A DNA stretch of 64,000 nucleotides, taken from contig JAYENW010000022.1 in the NCBI GenBank assembly GCA_034722275.1, positions 1,213-65,212 on the forward strand. The letters are read 5' to 3'. Position 1 is the stretch's first letter. Every line of letters begins with the position of its first letter. Positions 8,733 through 18,875 of this stretch are shown here, piece after piece. Below the pieces are notes generated by a model. The model was not told where the DNA came from. It saw nothing but the letters and a program-made list of their open reading frames with translations, and ran no database searches. This stretch comes from Chloroflexota bacterium (GTDB lineage: Bacteria > Chloroflexota > Dehalococcoidia > GIF9 > AB-539-J10). The position numbers were made by a program, and so were the translations under genes.

Positions 8733-10526
8733 TTGCTCAAAGACCATAGCTGCGGTGCTCTGGGAAAAGAACATGCCGGACAGAAGGTAACTCTGGCAGG
8801 CTGGGTACACCGCCGCCGTGACCACGGCGGCATGGTGTTTGTTGATTTGCGTGACAGGGAAGGTATAGTTCAGGTGGTCTTCAACCCTCAGACATCGCAG
8901 AAGACATATGAGATAGGTGCTTCGCTTCGCAATGAGTATGTGATTCAGCTAAGTGGAGAGGTTGTTTTGCGTCCCCTGGGAACAGAAAACCCCAAGCTCT
9001 CTACTGGCGAAATTGAGGTTGTTGCTGAAAGGGCAGTGGTTCTCAATGAATCAGAGACGCCGCCTTTCTATGTCAACAAAGATGTGGAAGTTGAGGAAAG
9101 CCTTTGCCTTAAGAACCGCTATCTATATTTGAGGAGGCCTCGGATGGTGAATAACCTCATCCTGCGTCACAAGATAATCAAGTTTATCTGCGATTTCTTT
9201 GATGCTAAAGGTTTTATTCAGGTGGAGACACCTATTCTGATCAAGAGCACTCCCGAGGGGGCACGGGATTATGTGGTGCCCAGCCGCATAAATCCAGGGA
9301 AGTTTTATGCTCTTCCTCAATCGCCACAGCAGCTCAAGCAGATTCTCATGGTAGCTGGCCTGGAAAAGTATTACCAAATAGCCCGCTGCTTTCGCGATGA
9401 GGACCTCAGAGCTGACCGACAGCCTGAGTTCACCCAACTTGACCTGGAGATGAGTTTTGTCGAGGAAGAGGATGTGCTTCAATTGATGGAAGAGCTTCTT
9501 CCCTCACTTGTGAAAGCTGTTAAACCGCAGATGAGGGTATTAACTCCTTTGCCACGTCTTCGTTATCAGGAAGCCCTGGAGCGCTATGGCAGCGACAAGC
9601 CAGATCTGCGTTTTGGTTTACAGTTCAAGGATATTTCTGATATAGCTGGTGAGACCAGTTTTGATATTTTCCGCTCTGCGGTTGCCGAAGGTGCTAAGGT
9701 GAAAGGCATATGTGTTCCCGGATGTGCTCATTACAGCCATCATCAGATAGCTGAACTTACTGAGCTGGCTAAGAATAATGGGGCTAAAGGGCTGGCCACA
9801 TTCGCCCTCTCAGGGGAAAGTCTGGTATTGGATGAGATAAAATCGGTGGCTGCTAGACATTTAACTCAAGCTGAACTGGAGAGCATAGTTGCCAGATTCG
9901 AAGCGAAATCCGGAGACCTCTTGCTTATCGTGGCTGATAAGGTTTCAATAGTTAACAGGGTACTGGATGAGCTGCGCCGCTACCTGGCGTACCAGCTCAA
10001 CCTGGCAGATGATAACTTCCTCGCTTTTGCCTTTATTGTTGACTTTCCTCTTCTTGAGTGGAGTGAAGAAGAGAATTGCTGGGAGTCCATGCATCACCTC
10101 TTCACGGCTCCGCGTGAAGAAGATGTGCCGCTGCTTGATAGTGAGCCAGCTAAAGTGGGAGGCCGCCATTACGATGTTGTCTGTAATGGCTACGAGCTGG
10201 GCAGTGGCAGTATCAGAATCCATACTCACCAGCTTCAAGAGAAAGTACTCAGCCTTCTTGGTTATGGTAAAGAAGAAATGCAAAGCCGGTTTGGCGCTCT
10301 TCTGGAAGCCTTTAACTATGGAGCGCCTCCCCATGGCGGCATTGCCCTTGGAATAGACCGTCTGGTAAAATTGATTGCCTGTGAGAAAACCATCCGGGAG
10401 GTCATCGCCTTTCCCAAAAATCAAAATGCCGTAGATTTGATGTTTGATGCACCTTCGCGGATTAGCGAAAGCCAACTTGAGGAACTGAACCTCAAGTTGA
10501 GACACGAAGTGATTGGTGGTTCTTGA
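8733..10526 (+). CDS. aspS: aspartyl-tRNA synthetase (TTG start)
   Basis: LAGWVHRRRDHGGMVFVDLRDREGIVQVVF is the canonical AspRS anticodon-binding N-terminus. Class II motifs FRDEDLRADRQPEFTQLD and GGIALGIDRLV are present. Confidence 0.95.
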   Translation: MLKDHSCGALGKEHAGQKVTLAGWVHRRRDHGGMVFVDLRDREGIVQVVFNPQTSQKTYEIGASLRNEYVIQLSGEVVLRPLGTENPKLSTGEIEVVAERAVVLNESETPPFYVNKDVEVEESLCLKNRYLYLRRPRMVNNLILRHKIIKFICDFFDAKGFIQVETPILIKSTPEGARDYVVPSRINPGKFYALPQSPQQLKQILMVAGLEKYYQIARCFRDEDLRADRQPEFTQLDLEMSFVEEEDVLQLMEELLPSLVKAVKPQMRVLTPLPRLRYQEALERYGSDKPDLRFGLQFKDISDIAGETSFDIFRSAVAEGAKVKGICVPGCAHYSHHQIAELTELAKNNGAKGLATFALSGESLVLDEIKSVAARHLTQAELESIVARFEAKSGDLLLIVADKVSIVNRVLDELRRYLAYQLNLADDNFLAFAFIVDFPLLEWSEEENCWESMHHLFTAPREEDVPLLDSEPAKVGGRHYDVVCNGYELGSGSIRIHTHQLQEKVLSLLGYGKEEMQSRFGALLEAFNYGAPPHGGIALGIDRLVKLIACEKTIREVIAFPKNQNAVDLMFDAPSRISESQLEELNLKLRHEVIGGS

Positions 10527-10540
10527 GATAAAGGAGGGAA

Positions 10541-11830
10541 ATGAAAGTAACCACTGAACCAGGAGAAAACTGTCAGGTAACTCTCACCGTTGAGGTTGAA
10601 AAGGATGAGCTTGATAAATCTCTGGATGAAGCATACCAGCGTCTTGTAGGTCGTGTCTCCATTCCAGGTTTTCGTAAGGGGAAAGCGCCGCGGTCTATTC
10701 TGGAGCAGCACATGGGCAAAGCAGCTTTGCTGGAGGAAGCGCTGCAGCGTCTCATACCACAGCTTTATCTTAAGGCTGTGGCGCAGGAAAAGCTTGAACC
10801 CATAGATGAGCCGCAGATGGAGCTCGTGCAAACAGAGCCGGTGATTTTCAAAGCTGTGGTATCACTCAAGCCTGAGGTCAAGCTTGGTGATTACCACAGT
10901 ATCAAGATAGATTCTGAGCCTGCTGAAGTGAGTCAAGAGGAAATTGAGGCGAGCCTGGAACAAATCAGGCAGCAGCAGGCAGTCTTGATACCCGTTGACC
11001 GTCCTATTCAGTTCGGCGATGTAGTTACCATGGATGTCGAGGCCACGATGGAAGATAAGCCATTTCTAAATCACAAAGATATGCTGTATGAAGTGGATCA
11101 AAACTCAGGCCGTCCCTTGCCAGGAATAGCTCAAAATCTGGTGAATGCGGAGAAAAATAAGGTGAAGGTCTTCACCCTGGATGTTCCCGAAGATTACGGG
11201 GTCAAAGAATTCGCCGGCAAAAAATACTCCTTCAATATTACTCCTACTGAGATAAAGGAGAGGCAATTGTTGGAGCTTGATGATGAATTAGCTCAGAGCG
11301 CTGGTTATGATAACCTCGCTGCCATGAAAGAAAAGGTAACTGCTGAGTTGAAAACCAGAGCTGAAGAAAACGGACGCCTGGAATTGAGGCAGAAAGCCAT
11401 TGACGCTGTGGTGGAGATAAGCGAAGTGCATTATCCTCCTGTTTTGGAGAATAAGGAGATTGCAAGCCTTCTTGCTGAAGAGGCACGGCAGCTTGGATTT
11501 GACAAAGTAGAGGACTATATGGAAAGAACCAACAGGAAAATAGAAGAGTATCGGGAGCAATTACGCCCTATAGCCAAAAAGAGAATCAGGTATTCTCTTG
11601 TTCTGGATAAAATAGCAGAACAGGAAAAGATTGAAATCGCTGCCTCGGAGGTAGATAATAAAGTAGAAGAAATAATAGGTGGCGCTGAGGATAAAGAAAA
11701 GGCAGGGCAATTTTGCGCTCTACCGCAGGTCAGGGAATCTATCGAAGGGTCTCTGCGCAATCAAAGAACGTTTGATAGGCTGGTAGAGATCGTCAGTGCC
11801 AGTACCCAAGGAAATATAAAGGAGGAGTGA
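10541..11830 (+). CDS. tig: trigger factor
   Basis: N-terminal ribosome-binding domain, central PPIase region and C-terminal arm; 429 aa. It lies immediately upstream of clpP, a conserved arrangement. Confidence 0.9.
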   Translation: MKVTTEPGENCQVTLTVEVEKDELDKSLDEAYQRLVGRVSIPGFRKGKAPRSILEQHMGKAALLEEALQRLIPQLYLKAVAQEKLEPIDEPQMELVQTEPVIFKAVVSLKPEVKLGDYHSIKIDSEPAEVSQEEIEASLEQIRQQQAVLIPVDRPIQFGDVVTMDVEATMEDKPFLNHKDMLYEVDQNSGRPLPGIAQNLVNAEKNKVKVFTLDVPEDYGVKEFAGKKYSFNITPTEIKERQLLELDDELAQSAGYDNLAAMKEKVTAELKTRAEENGRLELRQKAIDAVVEISEVHYPPVLENKEIASLLAEEARQLGFDKVEDYMERTNRKIEEYREQLRPIAKKRIRYSLVLDKIAEQEKIEIAASEVDNKVEEIIGGAEDKEKAGQFCALPQVRESIEGSLRNQRTFDRLVEIVSASTQGNIKEE

Positions 11831-12435
11831 TGGACACAGTATCCCAGATAATAATCCCCACGGTAACGGAGACCAGCGCCCGGGGTGAACGTGCCTTGGA
11901 CATATACTCCCTTTTGCTCAGAGAGAGAATTGTCTTTCTGGGGGCGCCTATTGATGATCAGGTAGCCAACCTGATTATTGCTCAGCTTCTCTATTTGGAA
12001 AGGGAAGCTCCGGATAAGGATATCAATCTCTACGTTCACTGTCCCGGCGGCATTATCAGTGCTGGCCTGGCTATCTATGACACCATGCAGCTTCTTCGCT
12101 GTGATGTGTCTACTATTTGCGTGGGTCTGGCAGCGAGCATGGGTACTTTGCTTCTTTGCGCTGGAGCCAAGGGCAAGCGCTACGCTCTCCCCAATGCCAC
12201 GATACATCTTCATCAGGCGATTGGTGGTGCTCAGGGGCAGGCGGCGGATGTTGAAATCGCCGCCCGGGAGATCATGAGAATGCAGGAGAGAATCCGCAAT
12301 ATTCTGACCGAGCACACGGGTCAACCTGTTGAGAAGATTGCTCATGACACCGACAGGGATTTCTACCTCGACCCCGAACAAGCGGTGGAATACGGGCTTA
12401 TTGATAAGGTGCTCAGCAAGACGGACAAGGAATGA
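11827..12435 (+). CDS. clpP: ATP-dependent Clp protease proteolytic subunit
   Basis: [12 protein letters not shown], the catalytic Ser in GLAASMGT, and His in the HQ block IHQAIGG. Confidence 0.95.
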   Translation: MMDTVSQIIIPTVTETSARGERALDIYSLLLRERIVFLGAPIDDQVANLIIAQLLYLEREAPDKDINLYVHCPGGIISAGLAIYDTMQLLRCDVSTICVGLAASMGTLLLCAGAKGKRYALPNATIHLHQAIGGAQGQAADVEIAAREIMRMQERIRNILTEHTGQPVEKIAHDTDRDFYLDPEQAVEYGLIDKVLSKTDKE

Positions 12436-12484
12436 AGCAGGTTAAGTCACTGCTGTGAGTTGATGTTAGCGGGCGTGGATTAAG

Positions 12485-12652
12485 ATGATGGTGACTTGGT
12501 CACATTGGTTGGAAGCAGGTCCTGCAGTTGTGGTGGGTGTTCCAGGTTTTGGTGGACTGGGCACAGGTGGTTTGATCGCGGTCATTGTTATTGCTGTAAT
12601 CCTTATCGCTGCTGTCGTGTGGCTCATCAATGGCACCAAAAAGCGTGAGTAA
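12485..12652 (+). CDS. putative small single-pass membrane protein (55 aa)
   Basis: MMVTWSHWLEAGPAVVVGVPGFGGLGTGGLIAVIVIAVILIAAVVWLINGTKKRE has a Gly-rich region followed by a hydrophobic helix. It lies in the 279-nt clpP/dmpA gap. The RBS is weak and the ORF is not in the provided track because it is shorter than 60 aa. Confidence 0.25.
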   Translation: MMVTWSHWLEAGPAVVVGVPGFGGLGTGGLIAVIVIAVILIAAVVWLINGTKKRE

Positions 12653-12786
12653 AAGATAAAATGTCAGGATGAATCAAAGAACAGTTAAAAGCTGCCCCCT
12701 TTTTATTCTTTCACTTGTCCTCACCAAATGCTGTGCTGAACTGTGGCAGGCAAGGCGGTTACATTCCCAGAGTAGTAAGGGGCTTT

Positions 12787-13749
12787 ATGGATATCTCAGG
12801 AATCAAGGTTGGGCATTATACTGATCTTGAGGCCGCTACGGGATGCACCGTGGTTCTCTGTGAACGAGGTGCCATCGCTGGAGTGGATGTTCGCGGGGCA
12901 GCTCCGGGAACCAGAGAAACTGATTTACTGCGTCCCATGACACTGGTGGAAAAGGTTCATGCTGTCCTCCTCACTGGAGGCAGTTCCTTTGGGTTGGATG
13001 CTGCTGGGGGTGTTATGCGTTATCTTGAAGAGCGGGGTTGTGGTTATGATGTGAAGGTAGCAAAGGTGCCTATCGTCCCCGCTGCTGTTATCTTCGACCT
13101 TGCTGTAGGTGATGCAGGGGTAAGGCCTGGAATAGATGAAGGGTACCGGGCGTGTCTTGAAGTCAGGAAGAGTGAGGTAGCGGAGGGCAGCGTAGGTGCT
13201 GGCACAGGAGCAACGGTTGGCAGTGTGCTTGGGATAGGCAGAGCGACTAAAGGTGGGTTGGGGATAGCCAGCCAGAAGATAAGCCGGGAAGTGGTGGTGA
13301 TGGCCCTTATGGTGGTGAATGCCTTTGGAGATATTGTTGACCCTGAGACGGGGTTGACTCTGGCGGGCCCGCGGCGCTCTGGTGGTAAAGGTTTCTTAAA
13401 TACACAAAAACTGCTGAAAAGAAATGAGGCACTGATAAATTCTGCTCTGGTAAATACTATTATAGGGGTGGTTGTCACCAATGCATCCCTGGCTAAAGAG
13501 CAAGCCAATAAGCTGGCACAAATGGCACACGATGGTATTGCCCGTGTCGTGCGGCCGTCTCATACGATGTTTGATGGTGACACTATTTTCGCGCTCTCCC
13601 TGGCTGAGAATCCTGAACTTCAGGCAGGTCTAACAGTGCTGGGGGCAGTAGCAAGCGAAGTGGTAGCTGTTGCCATTTTACGTGCTATAACCCAGGCCGA
13701 TTCTTTATTGGGGATACCATCTGTCAAAGATCTGGAACGGAGCAGGTGA
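12787..13749 (+). CDS. peptidase family S58 (DmpA/L-aminopeptidase D-Ala-esterase type)
   Basis: GIKVGHYTD...GCTVVLCE...GVDVRGAAPGTRETDLL matches the DmpA/P1 Ntn-hydrolase family. The start was moved to the internal ATG (MDISGIK), which is preceded by AAGGGG. Confidence 0.7.
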   Translation: MDISGIKVGHYTDLEAATGCTVVLCERGAIAGVDVRGAAPGTRETDLLRPMTLVEKVHAVLLTGGSSFGLDAAGGVMRYLEERGCGYDVKVAKVPIVPAAVIFDLAVGDAGVRPGIDEGYRACLEVRKSEVAEGSVGAGTGATVGSVLGIGRATKGGLGIASQKISREVVVMALMVVNAFGDIVDPETGLTLAGPRRSGGKGFLNTQKLLKRNEALINSALVNTIIGVVVTNASLAKEQANKLAQMAHDGIARVVRPSHTMFDGDTIFALSLAENPELQAGLTVLGAVASEVVAVAILRAITQADSLLGIPSVKDLERSR

Positions 13750-13816
13750 TATCTCAATACAGGATTTCTCGAAGTTCTCAGCGTGGCTATGACAGTTGGC
13801 TGACAAAAGAAGAAAT

Positions 13817-14785
13817 TTAAGCAAGGAATTGAGAGAGTTCAGGAAGACCATCTCTGGCACCCGTCCTGGTCATAGCATAATAAGCCATCCTGTCTCCAAG
13901 TTTTCCGCATTGCTCTAAGTCCTTTCCTTTAAGGAGGCCAAAAAGGAACCCGGCGGCAAAGGCATCCCCAGCCCCGGTAGTTTCTGGCTGGGATTTTCCC
14001 GGGATTCCTTCGCCGCTTCTTAACTGCAAATGGCGAAGCTGAGATTCAAGCTTATATTCTTTGTCTCTGAGACGGATATAGCTAGAAAAAGCTTTCCCTG
14101 GCTCTAAAGCTGCTCCCGCGCCCAGGGTGACCACCACAATCTGGCAGCCCAACTGAAGGCATTCACTTGCCCCGGTGATGAAATCCTTGCCCGTCAGCCG
14201 CTCTATCTCATCTTTATTGCTGAAGAGGATATCTGTCCGCTTGAATAGTGGCGATAATGCCTTTATCCCTCTATTGACATAAAGCATGCCTGGAGCGAAG
14301 CTGAACTTAACTGCGGCTGGCAGCTTTTCTGCCAGCCGCAGTTGGATATTGAATTGCTTATCATCTACAAATGACGAAAAGTGGACGACTCTTGCTTGAC
14401 TTAAATAACTTATGCTTATGTCCTGCCACTCGAGTAAGCTGTTGGCTCCAGATGAGACATATATGGAGCGTCTGCCCAGTTTATCGGAAAGACACAAGGT
14501 ATAGCCTGTGCCTTTCCCCTTTTTAGTTTGAACTTGGCTGGTATCCACGCCTGCAGTTTCAAAACTTTCGATAGAAGCTTTACCCTGCTCATCGTCTCCT
14601 GTAGCGCCAATGAAGCCTGTTTCTATTCCCAGGCGCGACAGTCCATAAATGGTGTTGGCAGCCGAACCGCCCGGTGTTAGCTTGAGGTGGTGAATTGATG
14701 TCTCTCCATCGAGGACAATCTCGTTTACTTGACATAAGCAGTCAATGTTGATTGCTCCCATGCCAATCACAGCAATATTCGACAT
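13817..14785 (-). CDS. pfkB-family carbohydrate/nucleoside kinase
   Basis: N-terminal GG motif (TPGGSAANT) and C-terminal TGAGDAFAAGFL anion-hole motif of the ribokinase/pfkB family. It carries an unusual ~25-aa insert (SSYIRLRDKEYKLESQLRHLQLRSGEG). Confidence 0.8.
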   Translation of the reverse strand: MSNIAVIGMGAINIDCLCQVNEIVLDGETSIHHLKLTPGGSAANTIYGLSRLGIETGFIGATGDDEQGKASIESFETAGVDTSQVQTKKGKGTGYTLCLSDKLGRRSIYVSSGANSLLEWQDISISYLSQARVVHFSSFVDDKQFNIQLRLAEKLPAAVKFSFAPGMLYVNRGIKALSPLFKRTDILFSNKDEIERLTGKDFITGASECLQLGCQIVVVTLGAGAALEPGKAFSSYIRLRDKEYKLESQLRHLQLRSGEGIPGKSQPETTGAGDAFAAGFLFGLLKGKDLEQCGKLGDRMAYYAMTRTGARDGLPELSQFLA

Positions 14786-14789
14786 AATA

Positions 14790-15770
14790 TTACCCCAGTT
14801 TGGCAGCCTCGGCTCTCACCAGGCGGCGGATTCTCTTGTGAATTTTCAGAGCTTGAGATATATCTTTAGCCTCGGCCAGCCACTGGAAATGCTCTCTATT
14901 ACCCTTGCCGCCATTTCTTTCTTTCTCCCTGATCAGGTGTTTTACTGTCTCGCGTTTACCTTTCTCCCAGGCTTCTAAGGCTACCCAGAGGTCATCCAGG
15001 TTGGTAGATGCCAGCCCCATGGTAGCGTAAGGCAGGGCATATTCATTGGCGTTGAAGGCGATTGCCAGGCCGTTGAGTTTATTTACAGCTTGAAGCATTT
15101 TGAAATCGGTGATGCTGTCTCCCACTGCTATCCAGTGGGAAAGTGGTTTCCCCATCCTGGCACTGAAGCGCTCTAATGCCTCTACTTTGCGTTTTCCGCC
15201 CACAGGTTTCACTTCAGTTATCATTCTTCCCGAGCTTGTCCGAGGCAGCTCCTGCCAGTAAAACTTGTCCAGGACTTCCTTTATCCTGGTATCATCGGTA
15301 AGGTCTATAAATTTCTGTTCTGCCTGCTCCAGCAGGGCGAAATCGTCCTCACTTAGCAGATGACGAATCTCGTCCAGCAAAAAGGAGGTGCAGGTCACAT
15401 TTTCTTGTGGTATGCCCAGCCTCTGGGTGATGGGAAGAGCATACTGCTCATAGCTGGTACTGATGCAGAATATTTGCCAGCTGTAGGCTTTTAATCTGGA
15501 GATTAATTCCTGAGTGCCCGGAGTGAATTTGGCTTCCTTTCCCATAGTGGTGATTTGTTTTTCTTTTATCCCGTGATAAGCCAGAAAAGGGGTGATAAGC
15601 GCCAGCGTATCCCCGGGCTCATAATCCTGCTTGCCCTCCAGAGTCAACAGGTCATCATAGCGGCTGATGACCTGGAAAAGTTTATCTCCATGGGGCAAAA
15701 GCTTCATGAGCTCATAGGCATTGTCTTGAGGTGCCAGAGGGCCCTCAAGGTCAAAGCAAATCAAATTCAT
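14790..15770 (-). CDS. HAD-superfamily (subfamily IB-like) hydrolase with C-terminal basic helical extension
   Basis: Motif III is VGDSITDFKML (GDxxND-like). Motif I is the variant ICFDLEGPL (DxE instead of DxD). There is a ~100-aa lysine/arginine-rich C-terminal tail. Confidence 0.5.
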   Translation of the reverse strand: MNLICFDLEGPLAPQDNAYELMKLLPHGDKLFQVISRYDDLLTLEGKQDYEPGDTLALITPFLAYHGIKEKQITTMGKEAKFTPGTQELISRLKAYSWQIFCISTSYEQYALPITQRLGIPQENVTCTSFLLDEIRHLLSEDDFALLEQAEQKFIDLTDDTRIKEVLDKFYWQELPRTSSGRMITEVKPVGGKRKVEALERFSARMGKPLSHWIAVGDSITDFKMLQAVNKLNGLAIAFNANEYALPYATMGLASTNLDDLWVALEAWEKGKRETVKHLIREKERNGGKGNREHFQWLAEAKDISQALKIHKRIRRLVRAEAAKLG

Positions 15771-16552
15771 TGTTGCCTTCCAATTTCGCGGGACACAACC
15801 TGGTCTATTTTAGCACTCAGGTCGTATCCTTCGATTATCTTTCCCTGTGCATTGGTTATTTTACCTTCTCTTACGCTGATCTCTTTTATACTCAGGGCTT
15901 TAAGCGTGGAAACGATGAGAGGGAATTCTCGAGCGAGTTCATGTTCCCGGATGAGTTGAAATAACTTTTCTGGCTCGTTTTTCTGCCAGTATTGGTCAAA
16001 AGGGCTGCCCTGGATAGGGAAAAGACAGTAACTTACTACGGGACCACGGTCTAATTGGGGAGTGACCAAATGTATCATGGCTCCAGCTTCCCTGGCTTTA
16101 TTTCGAATCAATGTCCAGATTACCTCCTGCCAACTACCAGCGGGACCTCCAGGAGGCGCGGGATGGAGGTTAATCATATTGTACTTGCGGCAAAGCTCCC
16201 TTCCCACAATAAGCATGTAGCCCGCGAGAAGACAGATATCAGGGGAAAATGGTTTGATGCGCTTATCTACCTCTCTGTCATATTTGGGGCGCCAGCCCTT
16301 TTGAGACTGCTTCGCCGTGCCCTGAATGATAGTTTTGAACTTTCTGTGAGAGAAAGAAATAAGGGGTATATCATAGTGCTGAACCAGAGCGAAGAAGTTA
16401 TCACTTTCTCTTGATTCTCCGGGTTCCCTGTTGCTGAAGACAAAGCTGATTCTGACCTGGATCTCACCAGCAGCTATGCTTTGCTGAGCCACCTGTAAAA
16501 GTTGGCTTGCTGCCTCATCTCTGCCGGTGGAAAACCAACCGATTTTCAGCAA
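15767..16552 (-). CDS. formyltransferase-family protein (PurN/Fmt N-terminal domain-like, divergent)
   Basis: N-terminal KIGWFSTGRDEAASQLL resembles the PurN block VLISGRGSNLQAI. NLHPAPPGG resembles the PurN N-I-H-P-S-L-L-P region. 261 aa. Confidence 0.45.
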   Translation of the reverse strand: MLKIGWFSTGRDEAASQLLQVAQQSIAAGEIQVRISFVFSNREPGESRESDNFFALVQHYDIPLISFSHRKFKTIIQGTAKQSQKGWRPKYDREVDKRIKPFSPDICLLAGYMLIVGRELCRKYNMINLHPAPPGGPAGSWQEVIWTLIRNKAREAGAMIHLVTPQLDRGPVVSYCLFPIQGSPFDQYWQKNEPEKLFQLIREHELAREFPLIVSTLKALSIKEISVREGKITNAQGKIIEGYDLSAKIDQVVSREIGRQQ

Positions 16553-17229
16553 GGGTGGTTCTTACCTCCTGTGACGGCTCTCTTCTTCACTTTTGCCCAG
16601 GTGCTGGCGAAGTGGACTAAGGGATTGGACCTTTTACCATGTATTGTGCCCTGCTTGAGACAGTCCAGGAAGTCATCCGCCCCGCTGAATTCGGGCATTT
16701 CTACATAAGCTCTGCCAATTTCTCCTGCTGTATGTGCATCGCTTCCAGCACTGGCAGCCAATCCAGACTTGTTGGCTAATTTCTGAGCCTTGTTGAAGTG
16801 GTGGGGGTAAGGTGTACGCGCGTTGAAGACTTCCATGATATCAATTTGAGATAGGATTTCCTCGGATAGCAACCTCCTTTGTCTGTCTCCTGGCAATAAA
16901 AAGGGGCTTCGCCCAAATGGGTGAGGGATGTTAACCAGCCCACCCTGTTTCCTGATACGTGCTATTGTCTCCTGAGGAGACAGTCCCTTGGGAATATCTT
17001 CACTGAGGAACAATCCCATCAATTCACCGAAAGGGGTAAGGATTTCTTGGGCAACGATTACCTTGAAGGGGGCTATCTCTTTTAATTTCAGGGCACCGGC
17101 AGTGGTGCCGTGGTCAGCTATGGCAACGCAGCTTATGCCTGTTTTGAGGCAACGAGTGATTATATCACTCAAGGGTGTCTGACAATCCATGGAATAACAG
17201 GTATGAACATGCAGATCAGCCCGCAGCAA
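16546..17229 (-). CDS. PHP-domain metal-dependent phosphoesterase (TrpH/YciV-like, COG0613)
   Basis: The N-terminal motif LHVHTCYS (HxH) with downstream conserved His/Asp residues (ADHGT, HPFG, GSDAH) matches the polymerase and histidinol phosphatase (PHP) fold. Confidence 0.7.
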   Translation of the reverse strand: MLRADLHVHTCYSMDCQTPLSDIITRCLKTGISCVAIADHGTTAGALKLKEIAPFKVIVAQEILTPFGELMGLFLSEDIPKGLSPQETIARIRKQGGLVNIPHPFGRSPFLLPGDRQRRLLSEEILSQIDIMEVFNARTPYPHHFNKAQKLANKSGLAASAGSDAHTAGEIGRAYVEMPEFSGADDFLDCLKQGTIHGKRSNPLVHFASTWAKVKKRAVTGGKNHPC

Positions 17230-17790
17230 TTAAGTCACCTTCTCCAGGTATTCTCCGCTTCGTGTATCAATCTTGAGAACATCATTCTCATTGATAAAAA
17301 GGGGAACCTGAACAACAAATCCCGTCTCCATCTTGGCTGGTTTGGTGCCTGCGGTAGCTCTGTCCCCTTTGAACCCAGGCTCTGTCTCTATCACCCGGAG
17401 TTCTACTGTGGTGGGTAATTCCAGGCTTACTACCTTGTCTTCACAGGTCAGGATCTCCAAATTCAGCCCTTCTTTGAAATAGTTCAAATCGTCTGTCACT
17501 TGATTTGCAGGTATCATCAGCTGTTCATAATTCTCAGTATCCATGAAATAGTAGAGGTCGCCGTCGTTGTAAAGATATTGAACCAGTCGGTGTTCTAGAA
17601 AAGCCGGTTTGAATTTATCACTAGATTGGAAATTTCGTTCTATGACATGGTCGCTGTGCAAGTCACGAAGTTTTAACTTGATCACGGGTTGCCTCTGCTG
17701 CATCTTGACATGCTGGTACTCGATGATCTGATATATTTTACCATCCAGCTCTATAGCAATCCCCTTCTTCAATTCTCCAGCACCTATCAT
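17230..17790 (-). CDS. efp: elongation factor P
   Basis: 186 aa. The KPGKG-like loop region, three OB/KOW-like domains and size match EF-P. Confidence 0.9.
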   Translation of the reverse strand: MIGAGELKKGIAIELDGKIYQIIEYQHVKMQQRQPVIKLKLRDLHSDHVIERNFQSSDKFKPAFLEHRLVQYLYNDGDLYYFMDTENYEQLMIPANQVTDDLNYFKEGLNLEILTCEDKVVSLELPTTVELRVIETEPGFKGDRATAGTKPAKMETGFVVQVPLFINENDVLKIDTRSGEYLEKVT

Positions 17791-18875
17791 AGAAATCTCC
17801 TTTCTCTGTAAACTTTATCTTTCCATGACTTGCTGAGCACACGAACTTTGCCAGCTTCCAATGTCACCGCATCTTCAATTCTGACGCCACCCCATCCGGC
17901 TATGTAGATTCCGGGCTCTATGGTGAAAACCATACCATCGGTGAGAATATCCTGGGAGTTTGGGCCCAAGGCCGGAAGCTCGTGTACTTCCAGCCCGATA
18001 CCGTGCCCCAGGCTGTGCCCGAAGTATGCGCTATAGCCGGCGCGGTTGATAATCTCTCTGGCTAGCTCATCTGCATTCACTGCACTCATCCCGGCTCGAA
18101 TTCTCTCTATAGCAAAAAGTTGCGCTTCCAGAACGATGTGATAAACCTCCTCCAGCCTTTTATCTCTTCCCAGGGAAAAAGTGCGGCTGAAGTCGCTGCA
18201 ATAGCCATCTATTTTAGCTCCCATATCGATGAGAACTGGTTCTCCCGAGCCAATTACCCTTTCCGTGGGATGAGCATGGGGCAAAGCTGAGTTGGGACCT
18301 GAAGCCAGGATAATTTCAAAAGGCACTGCCTCACTTCCGTTGTGGCGAAGGAAGTTCTCTATCTCCCAGGCCACTTCCTTCTCCTTCATACCGGGATGAA
18401 TTATCTCCTCAAGATATTCAAAAGCCTCGTCAGTTAGCTTTACAGCCTTGCTGATAAGTTCTAATTCTGCTGCTTCCTTTATAGAACGGAGGTTCTCTAT
18501 CATTCTGACGGTGGGGACAAGCTCGAGATTGGGTATGGGTTTTGTTACTTCACCAAGCTGCTGATAAGTGGCAAAGGGAAGGCTTGTCTCAAATCCTAAT
18601 CTGTGCCAGTCCAAATCGGATATCAGCTCGGGAAGCCAGTGAGATACTTCACCTCTGATTTGAAGCACTTCAAAATTTGCTGTCTCTTTCTTAGCTTGCT
18701 CTGTGTAGCGAGAATCGGTAGCCAGAAAAGCATGCTTATCCGAGATGAGCAGCCATCCTGATGAGCCGCTAAACCCTGAAAGATAGCGCTGATTCTCTGA
18801 TTGAGAGACCAGAAGGGCATCCAGGCTCTTCTCAGCAATCCTGGGTCGCAACTTCTGCAATCGGTTTAAAGTCAA
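17787..18875 (-). CDS. pepP: Xaa-Pro aminopeptidase (M24B)
   Basis: Pita-bread fold motifs (HGLGHGIGLEVHE, metal ligands D/D/H/E/E). The ORF track extends to 18989, but the likely start is the TTG that overlaps the aroQ stop (TTGA) at about 18875. Confidence 0.8.
   Translation of the reverse strand: MTLNRLQKLRPRIAEKSLDALLVSQSENQRYLSGFSGSSGWLLISDKHAFLATDSRYTEQAKKETANFEVLQIRGEVSHWLPELISDLDWHRLGFETSLPFATYQQLGEVTKPIPNLELVPTVRMIENLRSIKEAAELELISKAVKLTDEAFEYLEEIIHPGMKEKEVAWEIENFLRHNGSEAVPFEIILASGPNSALPHAHPTERVIGSGEPVLIDMGAKIDGYCSDFSRTFSLGRDKRLEEVYHIVLEAQLFAIERIRAGMSAVNADELAREIINRAGYSAYFGHSLGHGIGLEVHELPALGPNSQDILTDGMVFTIEPGIYIAGWGGVRIEDAVTLEAGKVRVLSKSWKDKVYRERRFL

Noticed and set aside
9945-10505. 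186-aa minus-strand ORF (representative of the other long antisense ORFs 11761-12381, 13044-13508, 30337-30774, 33373-33783, 37542-38072, 44509-45045 and 49575-50060)
   Set aside because: Each lies wholly inside, and antisense to, a gene with strong family motifs (aspS, clpP, dmpA, the fusion oxidoreductase, OFOR gamma, the permease, alaS, aroKB). None has a motif or a plausible RBS.
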